Of a DNA stretch of 64,000 bases, positions 9,501 to 19,049 are shown piece by piece. The stretch comes from an uncultured Phycisphaeraceae bacterium (GTDB taxonomy: Bacteria > Planctomycetota > Phycisphaerae > UBA1845), in contig CAZMVD010000006.1 of the NCBI GenBank assembly GCA_964569425.1, positions 4,508 through 68,507 on the forward strand, read 5' to 3'. Each line of letters begins with the position of its first letter. Position 1 is the first letter of the stretch. The translations under genes and the position numbers were made by a program. A model generated the notes under the pieces. That model saw only the letters and a list, made by a program, of their open reading frames with translations, was not told the origin of the DNA and did not search any database.

Positions 9501-10873
9501 TGCGCGAATGATTCGCCGATCTGCTCCTGCCCCAACCGCCACAGCAGTGCGCCGGTGGCCATGTCCAGACAGACCAGCTCCGGAGCAATGGGCGTGGATT
9601 CATAACCATAGTAGGGCTCGCGGTCGCCCGGAATCGCGGCGTACACGCGACCTTCGTGTACGGTCACCGCTTCCCAGGTCGACGCGGACTCATCCGAGTC
9701 CGAAGTCGTCGGAAAGGTGGCGCCGCTGGAAGGATAGCGCCAGACCACCGCGCCGGTATTGCGGTGCACGGCAAAGACCTCGCGCCCGCGCTGAAGAAAT
9801 ATCGAATCGCCTTGCGTCACGGGCTGGATGGACATCAGGCTGGCGTCGTCGCGCTGCTCGCCGGGCGGTCCTTCACGAGAACCCTCCCTCTGCCGGGGCG
9901 GCGCAAACACCGCGGGCGAAATCCGCCACAACAGACCAAGCTCGTCGACGCGCGAGACCGACCGACGGCTCCGATCGCTGGCGCCGCCGAACACGGGCCA
10001 ATCGTCGCCCCGCGGCAGGGGACGCAGACGGAACGGCGATTCGCGCAGCACCGCCAGAATGTCCGCGGCAGGTCGCTCCTCGCCCATCCAGCGAAGGCGG
10101 ACGCCGGCTTCCTCGTCCGTAAGTGGCGGGACCAAAGCGCCGCCCATCGCCGCCAGAACGGCACGCAACGCCCGGTAGCGCGCAGCCGACGGCGCAGCGG
10201 TGCTTCGCATGGCGAGCAGCCGCTCCAGCAAACGGTCTGCCGTGCTGAGATCGCCCGACTCGATGGCACGCAGCGCAACCTGCTCCGCGCTCTCAGCCGC
10301 GGAGGTGGTGCAGAAAAAGCGATCTAGCGCCGCAAGGTCGTCTTCCAGAGCGGCGGTCAGCTCGGCCTCGCTCATCAGCGCGCGCATGTCGCGGTCGTAA
10401 AGCTGGCGATAGGCCTCCAGCCCCTCGGTCGGCCAATCGGCGATAAGATCAGTAATGTGCTTTCGCACCCCCCTGTATCGGCCGTCGCCGAGATGCACGA
10501 GCTTGTCGCCCGCGGTATCCATGGTGTGTTGAAGGAGTTCGGCCGCCTGCGTCCATTGGCGAGCGGCGGCGAGGCGCTGCGCGCGGGAGACCGCGTCGGA
10601 TGCCTCGAAGCTGTCATCAACATACACGCCGTGCGCAGCGGGGGCCTTCGGCGGCGCCGGCGGAGCGGCCTGCCCGGCCGAGGCGATGTTGATCGCGCTG
10701 CTGTACCCGAGAATCGTCGCCCAGATGATTCGGAAGAAGCACGACCCAATGCGGCCGTGCCCGGCACCGCCGACCACTCTGCTGCAAATCCGCGCGGACC
10801 CCCGTTCCTTCCGCTCACGAGACAACTCGAGTCCACGGGCTGCATGACTCATGGAATGCGCTTCCGGCCGCAA
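6584..10873 (-). CDS. Giant PQQ-like beta-propeller repeat protein with TPR-like helical regions
   Basis: Many copies of the PQQ/BamB-type blade signature (ALSLDTGEVRWT, AVDVRAGARLWTH, AYDLEGGTRRWRV, ISLEDGRTLWRS, AFAETSGATLWHA). Signal-like N-terminus FFRIIWATILGYSSAINIASAGQA. The start may be MSHAARG at 10852. Confidence 0.8.
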   Translation of the reverse strand: MRPEAHSMSHAARGLELSRERKERGSARICSRVVGGAGHGRIGSCFFRIIWATILGYSSAINIASAGQAAPPAPPKAPAAHGVYVDDSFEASDAVSRAQRLAAARQWTQAAELLQHTMDTAGDKLVHLGDGRYRGVRKHITDLIADWPTEGLEAYRQLYDRDMRALMSEAELTAALEDDLAALDRFFCTTSAAESAEQVALRAIESGDLSTADRLLERLLAMRSTAAPSAARYRALRAVLAAMGGALVPPLTDEEAGVRLRWMGEERPAADILAVLRESPFRLRPLPRGDDWPVFGGASDRSRRSVSRVDELGLLWRISPAVFAPPRQREGSREGPPGEQRDDASLMSIQPVTQGDSIFLQRGREVFAVHRNTGAVVWRYPSSGATFPTTSDSDESASTWEAVTVHEGRVYAAIPGDREPYYGYESTPIAPELVCLDMATGALLWRLGQEQIGESFAQVHFDPSPIVERNALWAIARRRRTFGFEDAYVYRVNATTGTIDFRTHVGSASTGSFGNRRPTIALAALHGDSLFVATNLGTVAAVTAATGAVRWLRVYPRDATEATSSAWSMRSVPSWAHNPVYVWNGRLVVRPLDAAQVFIIEPEDGALTQVLEASDLYGVTTILGVRDGLLCGAGERVFCWDLAAGTPAWDAPLPEGGLWGRGAWADDRLLIPARSALSVYAQRDGTRRDLLWDAEGHGGNLLALPEQLVVAGGRGLAVFVRKTELWASLRARLAAAPHDPVPALEFAEVALRGGDDAMALEQLDDAFARAGGLLETVEVSLKRRFFDDVLLFAETMAARSALRPADLSRLHDYAARCPPDAAAHLRYRLRFGELFERYSLPEDALRLYQQILRDRTLRDMGTGGDVAGPGAGVVAQQRVTKLLEQHGSVIYVPYEVEAQRWLDAAWAARDPAGLARVVEAFPNSSAATKALGAQGEVLVAAGRFEEAARQLARAYQRTTDAGQRAELMRRIAEAYAQAGRGVPAYRWLTRAAREFSTLRIDVNGRRLTFREYRDELADLRGEVEPQRPRLEPPLSTRLSQPYVEGSQLLEPWFAEAPRSDGSRVYVYTPDGLRALAARTNVELWAEPLAVRAAAELLLATPRRAVFTTSHELFAVDVRAGARLWTHGGYPRGLGDPEGDWENGGAFRTHAWQDDTLVSVRDTGDMSALSLDTGEVRWTRAQRPLPAGRVIVADPWVVFHVIQDGRPMLCYLDIATGEWLGALPLEEPRTLEEFFVAVDGQVVTVTAQSIAAYDLEGGTRRWRVALEAPLRMSSLLPDIDALYFSEDGRSVRKISLEDGRTLWRSEPLGTPGEGLTIQRERESVIASHTGAVAAFAETSGATLWHAITPEDANFTRRLLTDAYVVALHVPDEGDEPAQAYLYTHREGSGRIAVPGGRIDLGRLSDLRAVRIADDALLIQDGGTIHTWTRE

Positions 10874-10877
10874 GGCG

Positions 10878-11804
10878 CTATGCGTCTTTGGCGGCGGTGT
10901 CGTTCAGGTATCGGCCTGCCAGCAATTCTATTCTATCACGCACCGCCTTGGTCAGTCGTGTGCGATCAGTCCAGATCGCCATCCGGAGGGCATCGCCGCA
11001 ACCGCATGTCCCCTGGTGAGCGCCGTAACCGCGAACCGCCGCGCGGACCAGGGCCACAGCGTTGTCCGTGGCACGCTTCAGATTGGCGAGGATCTCGCGG
11101 AGCAGTTCATCCTGTCCGCGGGCGGCGTCGTGGGGGCGCCAGCAATCATAATCGGTGGGCAGCGCAATAAGGGAATAGCACAACTCAGCCTCCCGTGCGA
11201 GTTTGGCTTCCGGCATCGCGGTCATGCCGATCAGGTCGCCGCCCCATTGGCGATGAATGTGCGACTCGGCGCGGGTGGAAAACTGCGGACCTTCCATGCA
11301 AACGTATGTGCCTGCGTGGTGCACGGTGGTTTGCACCGCGCCGCCGCATTGAGCGAGCAGCGCGCGGAGCCGCGGGCAAAAAGGCTCGGCGAACTCCACG
11401 TGCACGGCCATTCCCTCATCAAAGAACGTGCCTGCGCGGCGAAACGTCTTGTCGATCACCTGATCGCACAGAACGAGATGACCCGGTTCGATGTCCTCGC
11501 GCAAGCTGCCGGTCGCCCCGCTGGCAAGTATGGCGCCGACGCCTAGTTTCTTGAGCGCCCAGATGTTCGCACGGTAAGGAACCGCCGATGGCGGCAGCAC
11601 GTGTCCCGGTCCGTGCCGCGCGATAAAGGCCACGTCCATGCCTTCCCAACGGGCCACGATGGGCGGACTGCTGGGCGGCCCGAACGGCGTGTCCAACGAC
11701 AACGGCGCGCCCCCGGCCTGGCGGAGCAGCGCATCGCCCAGCCCGGTGCCGCCGATGATGCCGATCTGTGCCTGCTTCACATGTACCTCCGCCATAGTTG
11801 GCAA
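10878..11804 (-). CDS. mtnP: S-methyl-5'-thioadenosine phosphorylase
   Basis: IGIIGGTGL N-terminus, FIARHGPGHVLPPSAVPYRANIWALKKLGV, GMTAMPEAKLAREAELCY. This is the typical MTAP/PNP family pattern. Confidence 0.88.
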   Translation of the reverse strand: MPTMAEVHVKQAQIGIIGGTGLGDALLRQAGGAPLSLDTPFGPPSSPPIVARWEGMDVAFIARHGPGHVLPPSAVPYRANIWALKKLGVGAILASGATGSLREDIEPGHLVLCDQVIDKTFRRAGTFFDEGMAVHVEFAEPFCPRLRALLAQCGGAVQTTVHHAGTYVCMEGPQFSTRAESHIHRQWGGDLIGMTAMPEAKLAREAELCYSLIALPTDYDCWRPHDAARGQDELLREILANLKRATDNAVALVRAAVRGYGAHQGTCGCGDALRMAIWTDRTRLTKAVRDRIELLAGRYLNDTAAKDA

Positions 11805-12356
11805 TCAGGGATTGCGTTGAACGGTCACCGTGTCTCCGGCGCGAATCCCGCGCCGCGCCAACTCGCCGGCCGGCACCTCCAGCGCATACAGCGCCGGCCC
11901 GTTCGAGTAATGTGGGTTGGTCGTTTCCGGCCCCATCGTCTCAATGTTGGCGATGGTCAGATCTTCGCGAATGAAGGCAATGTCCAGCGGGATCAGCGTG
12001 TTGAGCATCCAGAAGGAGAGTACTTCCGGCTGATCGAAAACGAAGAACATGCCGGCGTCGGCGGCCAGGGTGCGGCGAAACATCAAACCCCGGACGCGGG
12101 TCGCAAACGTCTCCGCGAACTCGACGCGAAAAGTATGTGCGCCGATGGTGACGGTCCCCACGGGCAACCCCGCCGGACTGACCAGCGGGGCTGATCCTCC
12201 GGGGTCGGATTCCGCCCCCGCTCCGCCCGATCCACCGGTACGCGCCGGCGAATTCAGCGAAACGCAGCCACCTACCAACAGCCATACCATCCCGAGGTAT
12301 GTGCAGCGCGTTAGCCGTCGTTTCAATCGCATCAGAGATCGGTCGTCGCCTTTCAT
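11805..12356 (-). CDS. DUF192 domain lipoprotein
   Basis: C-terminal DUF192 pattern (RVRGLMFRRTLAADAGMFFVF...LSFWMLNTLIPLDIAFI...ALYALEVPAG). Lipobox-like LLVGGC after MKGDDRSLMRLKRR. I trimmed the start from 12656 to the ATG at 12356 (or 12332). Confidence 0.75.
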   Translation of the reverse strand: MKGDDRSLMRLKRRLTRCTYLGMVWLLVGGCVSLNSPARTGGSGGAGAESDPGGSAPLVSPAGLPVGTVTIGAHTFRVEFAETFATRVRGLMFRRTLAADAGMFFVFDQPEVLSFWMLNTLIPLDIAFIREDLTIANIETMGPETTNPHYSNGPALYALEVPAGELARRGIRAGDTVTVQRNP

Positions 12357-12872
12357 TGGTCCGTCATTCTGCCTTGGTCTCTGCGTTTGCACAAACATCG
12401 GTGATTCTCTACTTCGTCCGGGGTCGATAATAAAAGTATTTTTATCGGATTCTTGTTGAGTCTTCGAAGCACAAACCGCTAGAATGCACCTCGCGTCGAG
12501 CGGGCCCCTTGAAGCCGGTGTTGGGGCTGCGCTACATGGTTCCACCGGAAATGCTGGACAACTTTCAACCGGCTTGACGATCCGGAAGACGGCGGGCGTA
12601 CGGCCGGCCGATGTTGAGCGTACGCACGGGTTTCCGCGTACCAATCGCGCCATCATTCGTCAGGTCCAAAGAGAACTGTATTCGAATCGAAGCAGAGTGA
12701 ATGGTCTGCCGTATCGGAACAACGGGTTGTGATGGCGGCGCGACCCCATTGCACCCTGAAGCCCTTTGGGGCGAGGGCCGACTCGATTTCATATTCGCGT
12801 GTCAGTCCATTGCACGAGGCGCATGGGTCGCCTCGAAATGGGAAAGGTTGATTACCAGAAGGAGATCAGCGG

Positions 12873-15131
12873 ATGACCAAGGCAAGACAGAGGGGGCGGG
12901 AGAGGCAAGGGGTCGTCGGTTCAGGTGCTGCCAGGTTTCGCGTCACAACCTCCGGATTGGCCGCCGTGCTCCTGATGAGCGCACTCGTCGCCGCCGCGCC
13001 GCAGTTCATTGCAGTGGAGCGGCCGCCGGCCATCGAGTTTCCGGAAATGTTCGTCCCGGATGAATTCGTGGTGGAATTAAGCCTCAACGCACGGCGACAG
13101 GTGACCGTAGCGCAGAACGCGGATCGTCCGCGGGTCAGTATCGCCGGTTTGCAGCGTGCCCTCGACGACGCAGGCGTCGTGGGGTTCCGGCAGCAGTTCG
13201 TGGGCGCCAAACCGCAGCCGGTAGGTGGGAAGTATCCGGACTTGACCGGCTACTACACCGTCAAGATCGGCGCCGGGGTAGACCTGAAGGCGGCGATGGA
13301 TACCTTTGCGCGGAACCCGCATGTCGCCCGCGTCGAGCCGATCGGGATCCACCCCATTCACGCAGAGCCCAACGATCCGTACTACCGCGACTCGCCGAAT
13401 CCGAACTTCCCCTTCGACCAGTGGCATTATTTCGACCGTGGGTCGGAGGCCCACAGCATTCAGGCAGACCAGGCGTGGGACCTCAACGCGGGAAGCCCGA
13501 CGGTGTATGTGGGCATTCTCGATTCGGGCGTGCGGTATTATCACTGGGATCTGGGGGGATCGAATCCGCCGGGTCCTTCAGACAACGTGACCAACGGCAA
13601 CATCTTCATCAACCTGGGTGAAATCCCTGGAAACGGCATCGACGACGACGGCAACGGCTTCGTGGATGACGTGGTGGGCTACGACTTCGTGGCGTCTGCC
13701 TCCGGCGGCGCTGGTTGTCAGTGCAGTGATTCGGACTGCGGAACTGTCGATAACGATCCGCGCGACCACAACGGCCACGGCACGCACGTAGCGGGCACCG
13801 TCGGCGCGATCACCAACAACAACGTCCTGGTGGCGGGTGTGGCCGGCGGTTTGGCCGGGGGCACGTCCACCAGCACAGCGAACGGCATCAAGATCATTCC
13901 ACTGCGAATCGGCTGGAACGCCAAGTGCTTCGGAGCAGACGGGTACGGTTTCGTCAACATGGCTTATGCCGCATCGGCCATGAACTACGTGGCCAACCTG
14001 GTGGACCAGGGGTACAAAGTGGCGTCGATCAACTGTTCATGGGGCTCGTCCAATTCGGGCGGCATCGACGCGGCGGTCAATGCGCTGTTGGCGCGCAATG
14101 TGTCCGTGATTCACGCCGCGGGCAACAGCAACTCGAGCAGCTCGGACTACTTGGGCACCAAGGCCGGGGTCATCAGTGTGGCAGCAACCACCCGCACAGG
14201 CACCGGGGCCAGCTTCACCAATCATGGATCGTGGGTGGAGGTCGCTGCTCCGGGCGTGGAAATCCTGAGCACCTATCACCACTTCCCCGATCCGGCCAAC
14301 GATTACATCGCGCTTCTGGACGGAACGTCGATGGCGGCGCCGCACGTCGCGGGCATCGCTGCGCTGCTCGATTCTTGCGTTCCAAACCTCAGCGGGACGG
14401 ATAAGCGCAACCTGATCATGAACAACGTTCGTCCGTACAGCGACAGCCGTAACCTCGGCACGGGCATCGCCAACGCCAAGTTGGCGCTCCAGGCCGCCGG
14501 ATGTTCGTCCGCGCCGCAGTGTTCGACCAATGCCGACTGTAATGACGGGGACGCCTGCACGACGGACGTCTGCTCGAACGGACAGTGCTCCAATACGCCC
14601 ATCAATTGCAACGACGGCAACGCCTGCACGACCGATAGCTGTTCAGGCGGGGCGTGTTTCAATGATCCCATCACTTGCAATGACGGCAACGCCTGCACGA
14701 CGGATAGCTGCAACTCGTCGAGCGGATGCGTGTTCACGCCGATCAACTGTGATGACGGCAGTTTGTGCACGACCGATTCGTGCAGCAACGGGGTGTGCTC
14801 GAACACGCCGATCAACTGCAACGACGGCGATCCGTGCACGAGCGATAGCTGCAATCCCAGCACCGGTTGCGTGAACACTCCGCCTGCCTGCGGCCCGTCC
14901 GACGGCTGCTGCCCGTCGGGGTGTTCTTCCGGAAGCGATCCGGACTGCGCCGCCGGACCGGTGTGCGGAAATGACATCTGTGAAATCAGCGGCGGCGAAA
15001 ACTGCACCAATTGCCCGGCGGACTGCAATGGTGTTACGACTGGTCGCCCGACCAATCGGTACTGCTGCGGAACGGACGTCAATTGCAGCGATCCGCGCTG
15101 CACCGGAAACGGCAATACTTGCCAGCCGTAA
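12873..15131 (+). CDS. Secreted S8 (subtilisin-family) serine peptidase with C-terminal Cys-rich repeats
   Basis: Catalytic triad contexts VGILDSGV, HGTHVAGTVGA and GTSMAAPHVAGIAALL. C-terminus has 5 units of about 24 aa of C-N-D-G-x-x-C-T-x-D-x-C. Confidence 0.92.
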   Translation: MTKARQRGRERQGVVGSGAARFRVTTSGLAAVLLMSALVAAAPQFIAVERPPAIEFPEMFVPDEFVVELSLNARRQVTVAQNADRPRVSIAGLQRALDDAGVVGFRQQFVGAKPQPVGGKYPDLTGYYTVKIGAGVDLKAAMDTFARNPHVARVEPIGIHPIHAEPNDPYYRDSPNPNFPFDQWHYFDRGSEAHSIQADQAWDLNAGSPTVYVGILDSGVRYYHWDLGGSNPPGPSDNVTNGNIFINLGEIPGNGIDDDGNGFVDDVVGYDFVASASGGAGCQCSDSDCGTVDNDPRDHNGHGTHVAGTVGAITNNNVLVAGVAGGLAGGTSTSTANGIKIIPLRIGWNAKCFGADGYGFVNMAYAASAMNYVANLVDQGYKVASINCSWGSSNSGGIDAAVNALLARNVSVIHAAGNSNSSSSDYLGTKAGVISVAATTRTGTGASFTNHGSWVEVAAPGVEILSTYHHFPDPANDYIALLDGTSMAAPHVAGIAALLDSCVPNLSGTDKRNLIMNNVRPYSDSRNLGTGIANAKLALQAAGCSSAPQCSTNADCNDGDACTTDVCSNGQCSNTPINCNDGNACTTDSCSGGACFNDPITCNDGNACTTDSCNSSSGCVFTPINCDDGSLCTTDSCSNGVCSNTPINCNDGDPCTSDSCNPSTGCVNTPPACGPSDGCCPSGCSSGSDPDCAAGPVCGNDICEISGGENCTNCPADCNGVTTGRPTNRYCCGTDVNCSDPRCTGNGNTCQP

Positions 15132-15183
15132 TCCGGATGGTGTGGATGTAACGTAGTTCGATCCTCCAACGCTGTTGTTCAAG

Positions 15184-15217
15184 GCAGGCCGGCGGTGAAT
15201 CCTCACCGCCGGCCTGC
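15184..15217 (+). terminator. Stem-loop terminator candidate after the S8 peptidase gene
   Basis: gcaggccggcggtga-atcc-tcaccgccggcctgc, a perfect 15-bp stem. The T-tract is weak (ggtgttatc). Confidence 0.6.
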
Positions 15218-15356
15218 GGTGTTATCGCCCGCGTACTAAAAGCGGGAATCCCAATCGGCTCGTCGCCTTCAGTCTCGCAGCGGCAGCCCCTCCCCGCCGA
15301 TCCTGGAACCGGATTGCGCTTGAATTCCGGCGGGCGACCGGCGACAATGCGCCATC

Positions 15357-15953
15357 ATGTCTCGGGCTGATTCAACTCGGGTGTCGCTTCTGCTGCGTCT
15401 GCGCGACCGCGCCGACACACTGAGCTGGTCCGAATTCCACGACCGCTACGGTGAGTTGCTCTATCGCTATGCGCGCGGCCGTGGCGCCTCCCATGCCGAC
15501 GCCGAAGACGCGGTACAGGAGGTGGAAATGTACCTGTTCAAGGCGATGGACAATTTCGAGTACGACGCGCGCAAAGGCCGTTTCCGCAGTTACTTGCGCT
15601 CCGCAGTGATCCACGCACTCGGTCGGCGGGCATCCCGCCAGGCGCGCGAGCCGGCCGGGTACGACCCGGCCACGCTGGGCGAGCTGGCCGAAAGCCAACA
15701 GGCGCCTGAGGACGCCCAGTGGGAGCGCGAGTGGCAGCTTCACCGATTGCGCTGGGCCCTGCGGTCAGTCGCCGGAGAGTTTGAAGAGAAGACCCTTCAG
15801 GCGTTTGAATTGCACGTTCTGGGTGGGTTATCGGTGGATGAAACGGCTGACCAGCTTGCAATGGGTAAAGCCAGTGTATATCAGGCAAAGTCACGCCTGC
15901 TGAAGCGAGTGCGAGAGCGGCTGGAGGCCCTGGATCCGGATGCGGATATCTGA
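15357..15953 (+). CDS. ECF-type RNA polymerase sigma-70 family factor
   Basis: Region 2-like DAEDAVQEVEMYLFKAM and region 4 HTH LSVDETADQLAMGKASVYQAKSRLLKRVRERL. Confidence 0.85.
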   Translation: MSRADSTRVSLLLRLRDRADTLSWSEFHDRYGELLYRYARGRGASHADAEDAVQEVEMYLFKAMDNFEYDARKGRFRSYLRSAVIHALGRRASRQAREPAGYDPATLGELAESQQAPEDAQWEREWQLHRLRWALRSVAGEFEEKTLQAFELHVLGGLSVDETADQLAMGKASVYQAKSRLLKRVRERLEALDPDADI

Positions 15954-16189
15954 GTTGGGAGCCGACCCGAACCGCCCGCCGACCCGCAACGTGGGTGTTT
16001 GTTGCATGATCAGTTAGATCCGCATGTGGTGTCAAGTTGGGCAGCACGACGTCTATCTTCCTTCTGAAGTAGTGCTGTGTCAGGGGGCGACTTCAAGGTA
16101 CATACCGCGCCGGGGTGCCCGGTCCGCCCCGCGTGTGAACGGAATGCCGTACCCAAAGGCAACCCCGATGCCGTTCCCGCGTTACCTGA

Positions 16190-19048
16190 ATGGAATGTCA
16201 CACTGTGTCACCTGAACCCCTGATCGAAGGAAACGACGACCCGCTGGTGGCGGAGTTGCGCGCCGCCTTCGGGTTTGGGACTCGCGGGCTGGGGCCGGAG
16301 GGCTCCCAGACGGATGGCGCGTCCAGCCGGTTATCGCCCTTCGGAACCGCCGCGCCGGAGCTATCCGCCCTGGCGCCGGCAAGCCGGCTCGGCGACTTTG
16401 AGATTCTTGGCGAGATCGGTCGCGGCGGCATGGGGGTCGTGTACCGGGCTCGGCAGGTGTCGCTGGATCGCCTCGTCGCGTTGAAGGTCCTGCCCGCGTC
16501 GCGGCAGCGACATGGCGCCTCCCTGGAACGTTTCCTGCGCGAAGCCCGCGCAGCGGCAAGGCTCAACCACGAAAACGTCGTACCCGTGTACTCCCACGGC
16601 GAGTGCGACGGATTCTATTACTACGCCATGAAGCTGGTCGAAGGCGTAACGCTCGACCTGGCGATCCGCTCCCACCCGGAACTGCTCAGTGCCACACATG
16701 CGTCATCGGCAGCGGCACGCCGCTTCAGCCGAACGAGGCCGGTGACAAAATCACTCACCGTTTCCGTGCCCGGGGCCGCCACCCCGCCCGCGCCCCACCC
16801 CGCCACCGCGGCGCCGGATGGGGAAGCCACCGTCACCTGCGACCACACCGCGCAAGACTACCGCCACATGGCGAACCTCCTCATCGGCGTCGCCGAAGGA
16901 TTGGCCCACGCCCATGCCAACGGCGTCGTGCATCGTGATATCAAGCCTCACAACCTGATCCTCGGGCACGAACAGCGTCTCTACATCACCGATTTCGGAC
17001 TTGCCTACCTGGTCAGCGAACCGCACGTCACCGTAAGCGGCGAAGTCATGGGCACCCCTGCCTATTTGTCGCCCGAACAGGTGCGCGGCCATATCCGCGA
17101 AATCGACCACCGCACCGACATCTACTCGCTCGGCGTCACGCTCTACGAAATGCTCACCAACACGCGACCCTTTCAGGGAGAAACGCGCGACCAGGTGCTG
17201 CACTCCATCAGCGCCAAGGACCCCGCACCGCCGCGGCGGCGAAACCCGCGCGTGCCCGTCGATCTCGAAACCATCTGCCTGCGCGCCATCGAAAAAGACC
17301 CCGCCCGCCGCTACCCCGGCGCGGCCGACTTCGCCGAAGACCTGCGGCGCTTCGTCGACGGACGCCCCATCCTAAGCCGCCGCGCCGGACCGATGGAACG
17401 CGCCGTCAAGTTTGCCCGGCGCAATCGTGCCGCTTCCACAGCCCTGGTGGCCGCAGTCATCATCGCCGCGGTGACCTCCGGATGGGGGCTCACGGCCTGG
17501 GCCGCCAAACGCGCGGAGGGGCAGCGCCTGGTACGAAAGGCGTACGAGCAACTGGTATACAACGACTATCGCCGGCCGGAGCGCATCGCCGCCGAGTTGC
17601 GGACCGCGGAAGAATTGAAAGCGCCGGCTACCGCGATGCACTTCGTCCGCGCGCTGGTCGCCATGGGTGAATCCAACGTAGAAAAAACGCACGCCGAACT
17701 GGCGCCCGTGCTCGCAGAAGATCCCGGTAATCGACAGGCGTTATACGTCCTGGCGTGGGCGCGGTGGCGGGCGGGCGATCCGGAAGGGTCGCGTGAGGCG
17801 TTCGCACAGGCCGAGGCGCTCGGCGGGGCGCAAGGCCCCGAAGAGTATTTCTTCCGCGGACTGGCCGCCCACTTTAATGATCCGCCGCTGGCCATGGAAT
17901 CCTATCGCCGCGCCAACCTGCTCCGCGCCCTCAACCACCAGTTCTTCCCGCAGGCCATGCTGCACCTGGCCCGTGCGCAAAATCAGCAAATGTACGCCCG
18001 ACGCACCGCCGATTCATTCGCCGAAACCGAATCCAGCCTGCGCACGCTCATCACCAACCAGTATTACGAGGCCTATCCCTATTATCTGCTCTCCATCGCC
18101 CATCGCCTCCGCGCCGAAGTGTACGAAAACAGCGCCGGAACGCGCGGCGCTTCGGATTCGCAGAACCATTTCGACGAAGCACTCCGCTGGGCCCGTGCCG
18201 GGCAGCAGGTCGATCCGGCAGACGATCGACCGGTCACCGCGGAAGCCGAATGCCTGGAACGGCTGGGCCGCTTCGACGAAGCACTGGCCGCGCGGAACCG
18301 CGCCATCGCCCTGGCCGACACCGCGCAAAAACGCTGCGAAGGTCTGCACTTCCGCTGGCGGCTGCATTACTGGCTGGGCGACTTCCCCGCCGCGCTGCAG
18401 GATATCGAGGCGCATTCCGCATGTATGCCCGATAATCTCTTCTACCGCCATGTGTATCCCGCGCTCGTCGCGGCGGAAATGGGTGACATGGCCACGGCAC
18501 AACAACACGCCGCGGCGCTCGCCGGTGCCCCCGACGCCGCGCACAGCCCCACCGCGTTGTTCACCATGCCGCGAACGATTCTCGCCGCCGGCGTGTGGCG
18601 GCTGCTGGGCCGGCCTGCGGAGGCGGCAGAATTGCTGGCGGCGTCCGATCCCGCCGGTTCCGAGAACAACGCGGAATCAACCGCCTGGTTGCGTGCGCTG
18701 TGGAGCTATTCTGCGGATCGAATGACCTTGGACGAGTTGGAGGCGATCGCCGCGGAATCTCCCCGGCCCTGGAAACTGATGGGAGAAGCCTGGTTTCACG
18801 CAGGCTTGAAATCGCTGGCGGCGGGCGATCGCGCGGCGGCGACCGCCGCCCTGCAACAGTCCTATCAGTCCTTCGATAGTGCCTTGGATTTCTCGTTTCA
18901 TTCTCGTATACTGTTGGTCAAACTGGCCGCGGATCCGCAATGGCCAATGTGGATTCCTCCCGTGCCACCCACGGAGCAGTTGCCTGTCCGGCTCCCGGTG
19001 CACAGCGGCAACGCGCCTGACCTGTCGTCCGCAGAAGGGGAAGAATAA
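16190..19048 (+). CDS. Ser/Thr protein kinase with TM segment and C-terminal TPR-like domain
   Basis: G-loop GRGGMGVVYRA, VALKVL, catalytic loop HRDIKPHNLIL, DFGLA, GTPAYLSPE. TM segment ALVAAVIIAAVTSGWGLTAWA, followed by helical repeats. Confidence 0.92.
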   Translation: MECHTVSPEPLIEGNDDPLVAELRAAFGFGTRGLGPEGSQTDGASSRLSPFGTAAPELSALAPASRLGDFEILGEIGRGGMGVVYRARQVSLDRLVALKVLPASRQRHGASLERFLREARAAARLNHENVVPVYSHGECDGFYYYAMKLVEGVTLDLAIRSHPELLSATHASSAAARRFSRTRPVTKSLTVSVPGAATPPAPHPATAAPDGEATVTCDHTAQDYRHMANLLIGVAEGLAHAHANGVVHRDIKPHNLILGHEQRLYITDFGLAYLVSEPHVTVSGEVMGTPAYLSPEQVRGHIREIDHRTDIYSLGVTLYEMLTNTRPFQGETRDQVLHSISAKDPAPPRRRNPRVPVDLETICLRAIEKDPARRYPGAADFAEDLRRFVDGRPILSRRAGPMERAVKFARRNRAASTALVAAVIIAAVTSGWGLTAWAAKRAEGQRLVRKAYEQLVYNDYRRPERIAAELRTAEELKAPATAMHFVRALVAMGESNVEKTHAELAPVLAEDPGNRQALYVLAWARWRAGDPEGSREAFAQAEALGGAQGPEEYFFRGLAAHFNDPPLAMESYRRANLLRALNHQFFPQAMLHLARAQNQQMYARRTADSFAETESSLRTLITNQYYEAYPYYLLSIAHRLRAEVYENSAGTRGASDSQNHFDEALRWARAGQQVDPADDRPVTAEAECLERLGRFDEALAARNRAIALADTAQKRCEGLHFRWRLHYWLGDFPAALQDIEAHSACMPDNLFYRHVYPALVAAEMGDMATAQQHAAALAGAPDAAHSPTALFTMPRTILAAGVWRLLGRPAEAAELLAASDPAGSENNAESTAWLRALWSYSADRMTLDELEAIAAESPRPWKLMGEAWFHAGLKSLAAGDRAAATAALQQSYQSFDSALDFSFHSRILLVKLAADPQWPMWIPPVPPTEQLPVRLPVHSGNAPDLSSAEGEE

Positions 19049-19049
19049 C

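Noticed and set aside
15290-15356. GGAAC-containing sequence upstream of the first ECF sigma gene as an autoregulated ECF promoter
   Set aside because: A GGAAC is present (tggaaccggattgcgc...), but no convincing -10 (CGT-type) element lies at the expected 16-17 nt spacing. The evidence is too weak to annotate.
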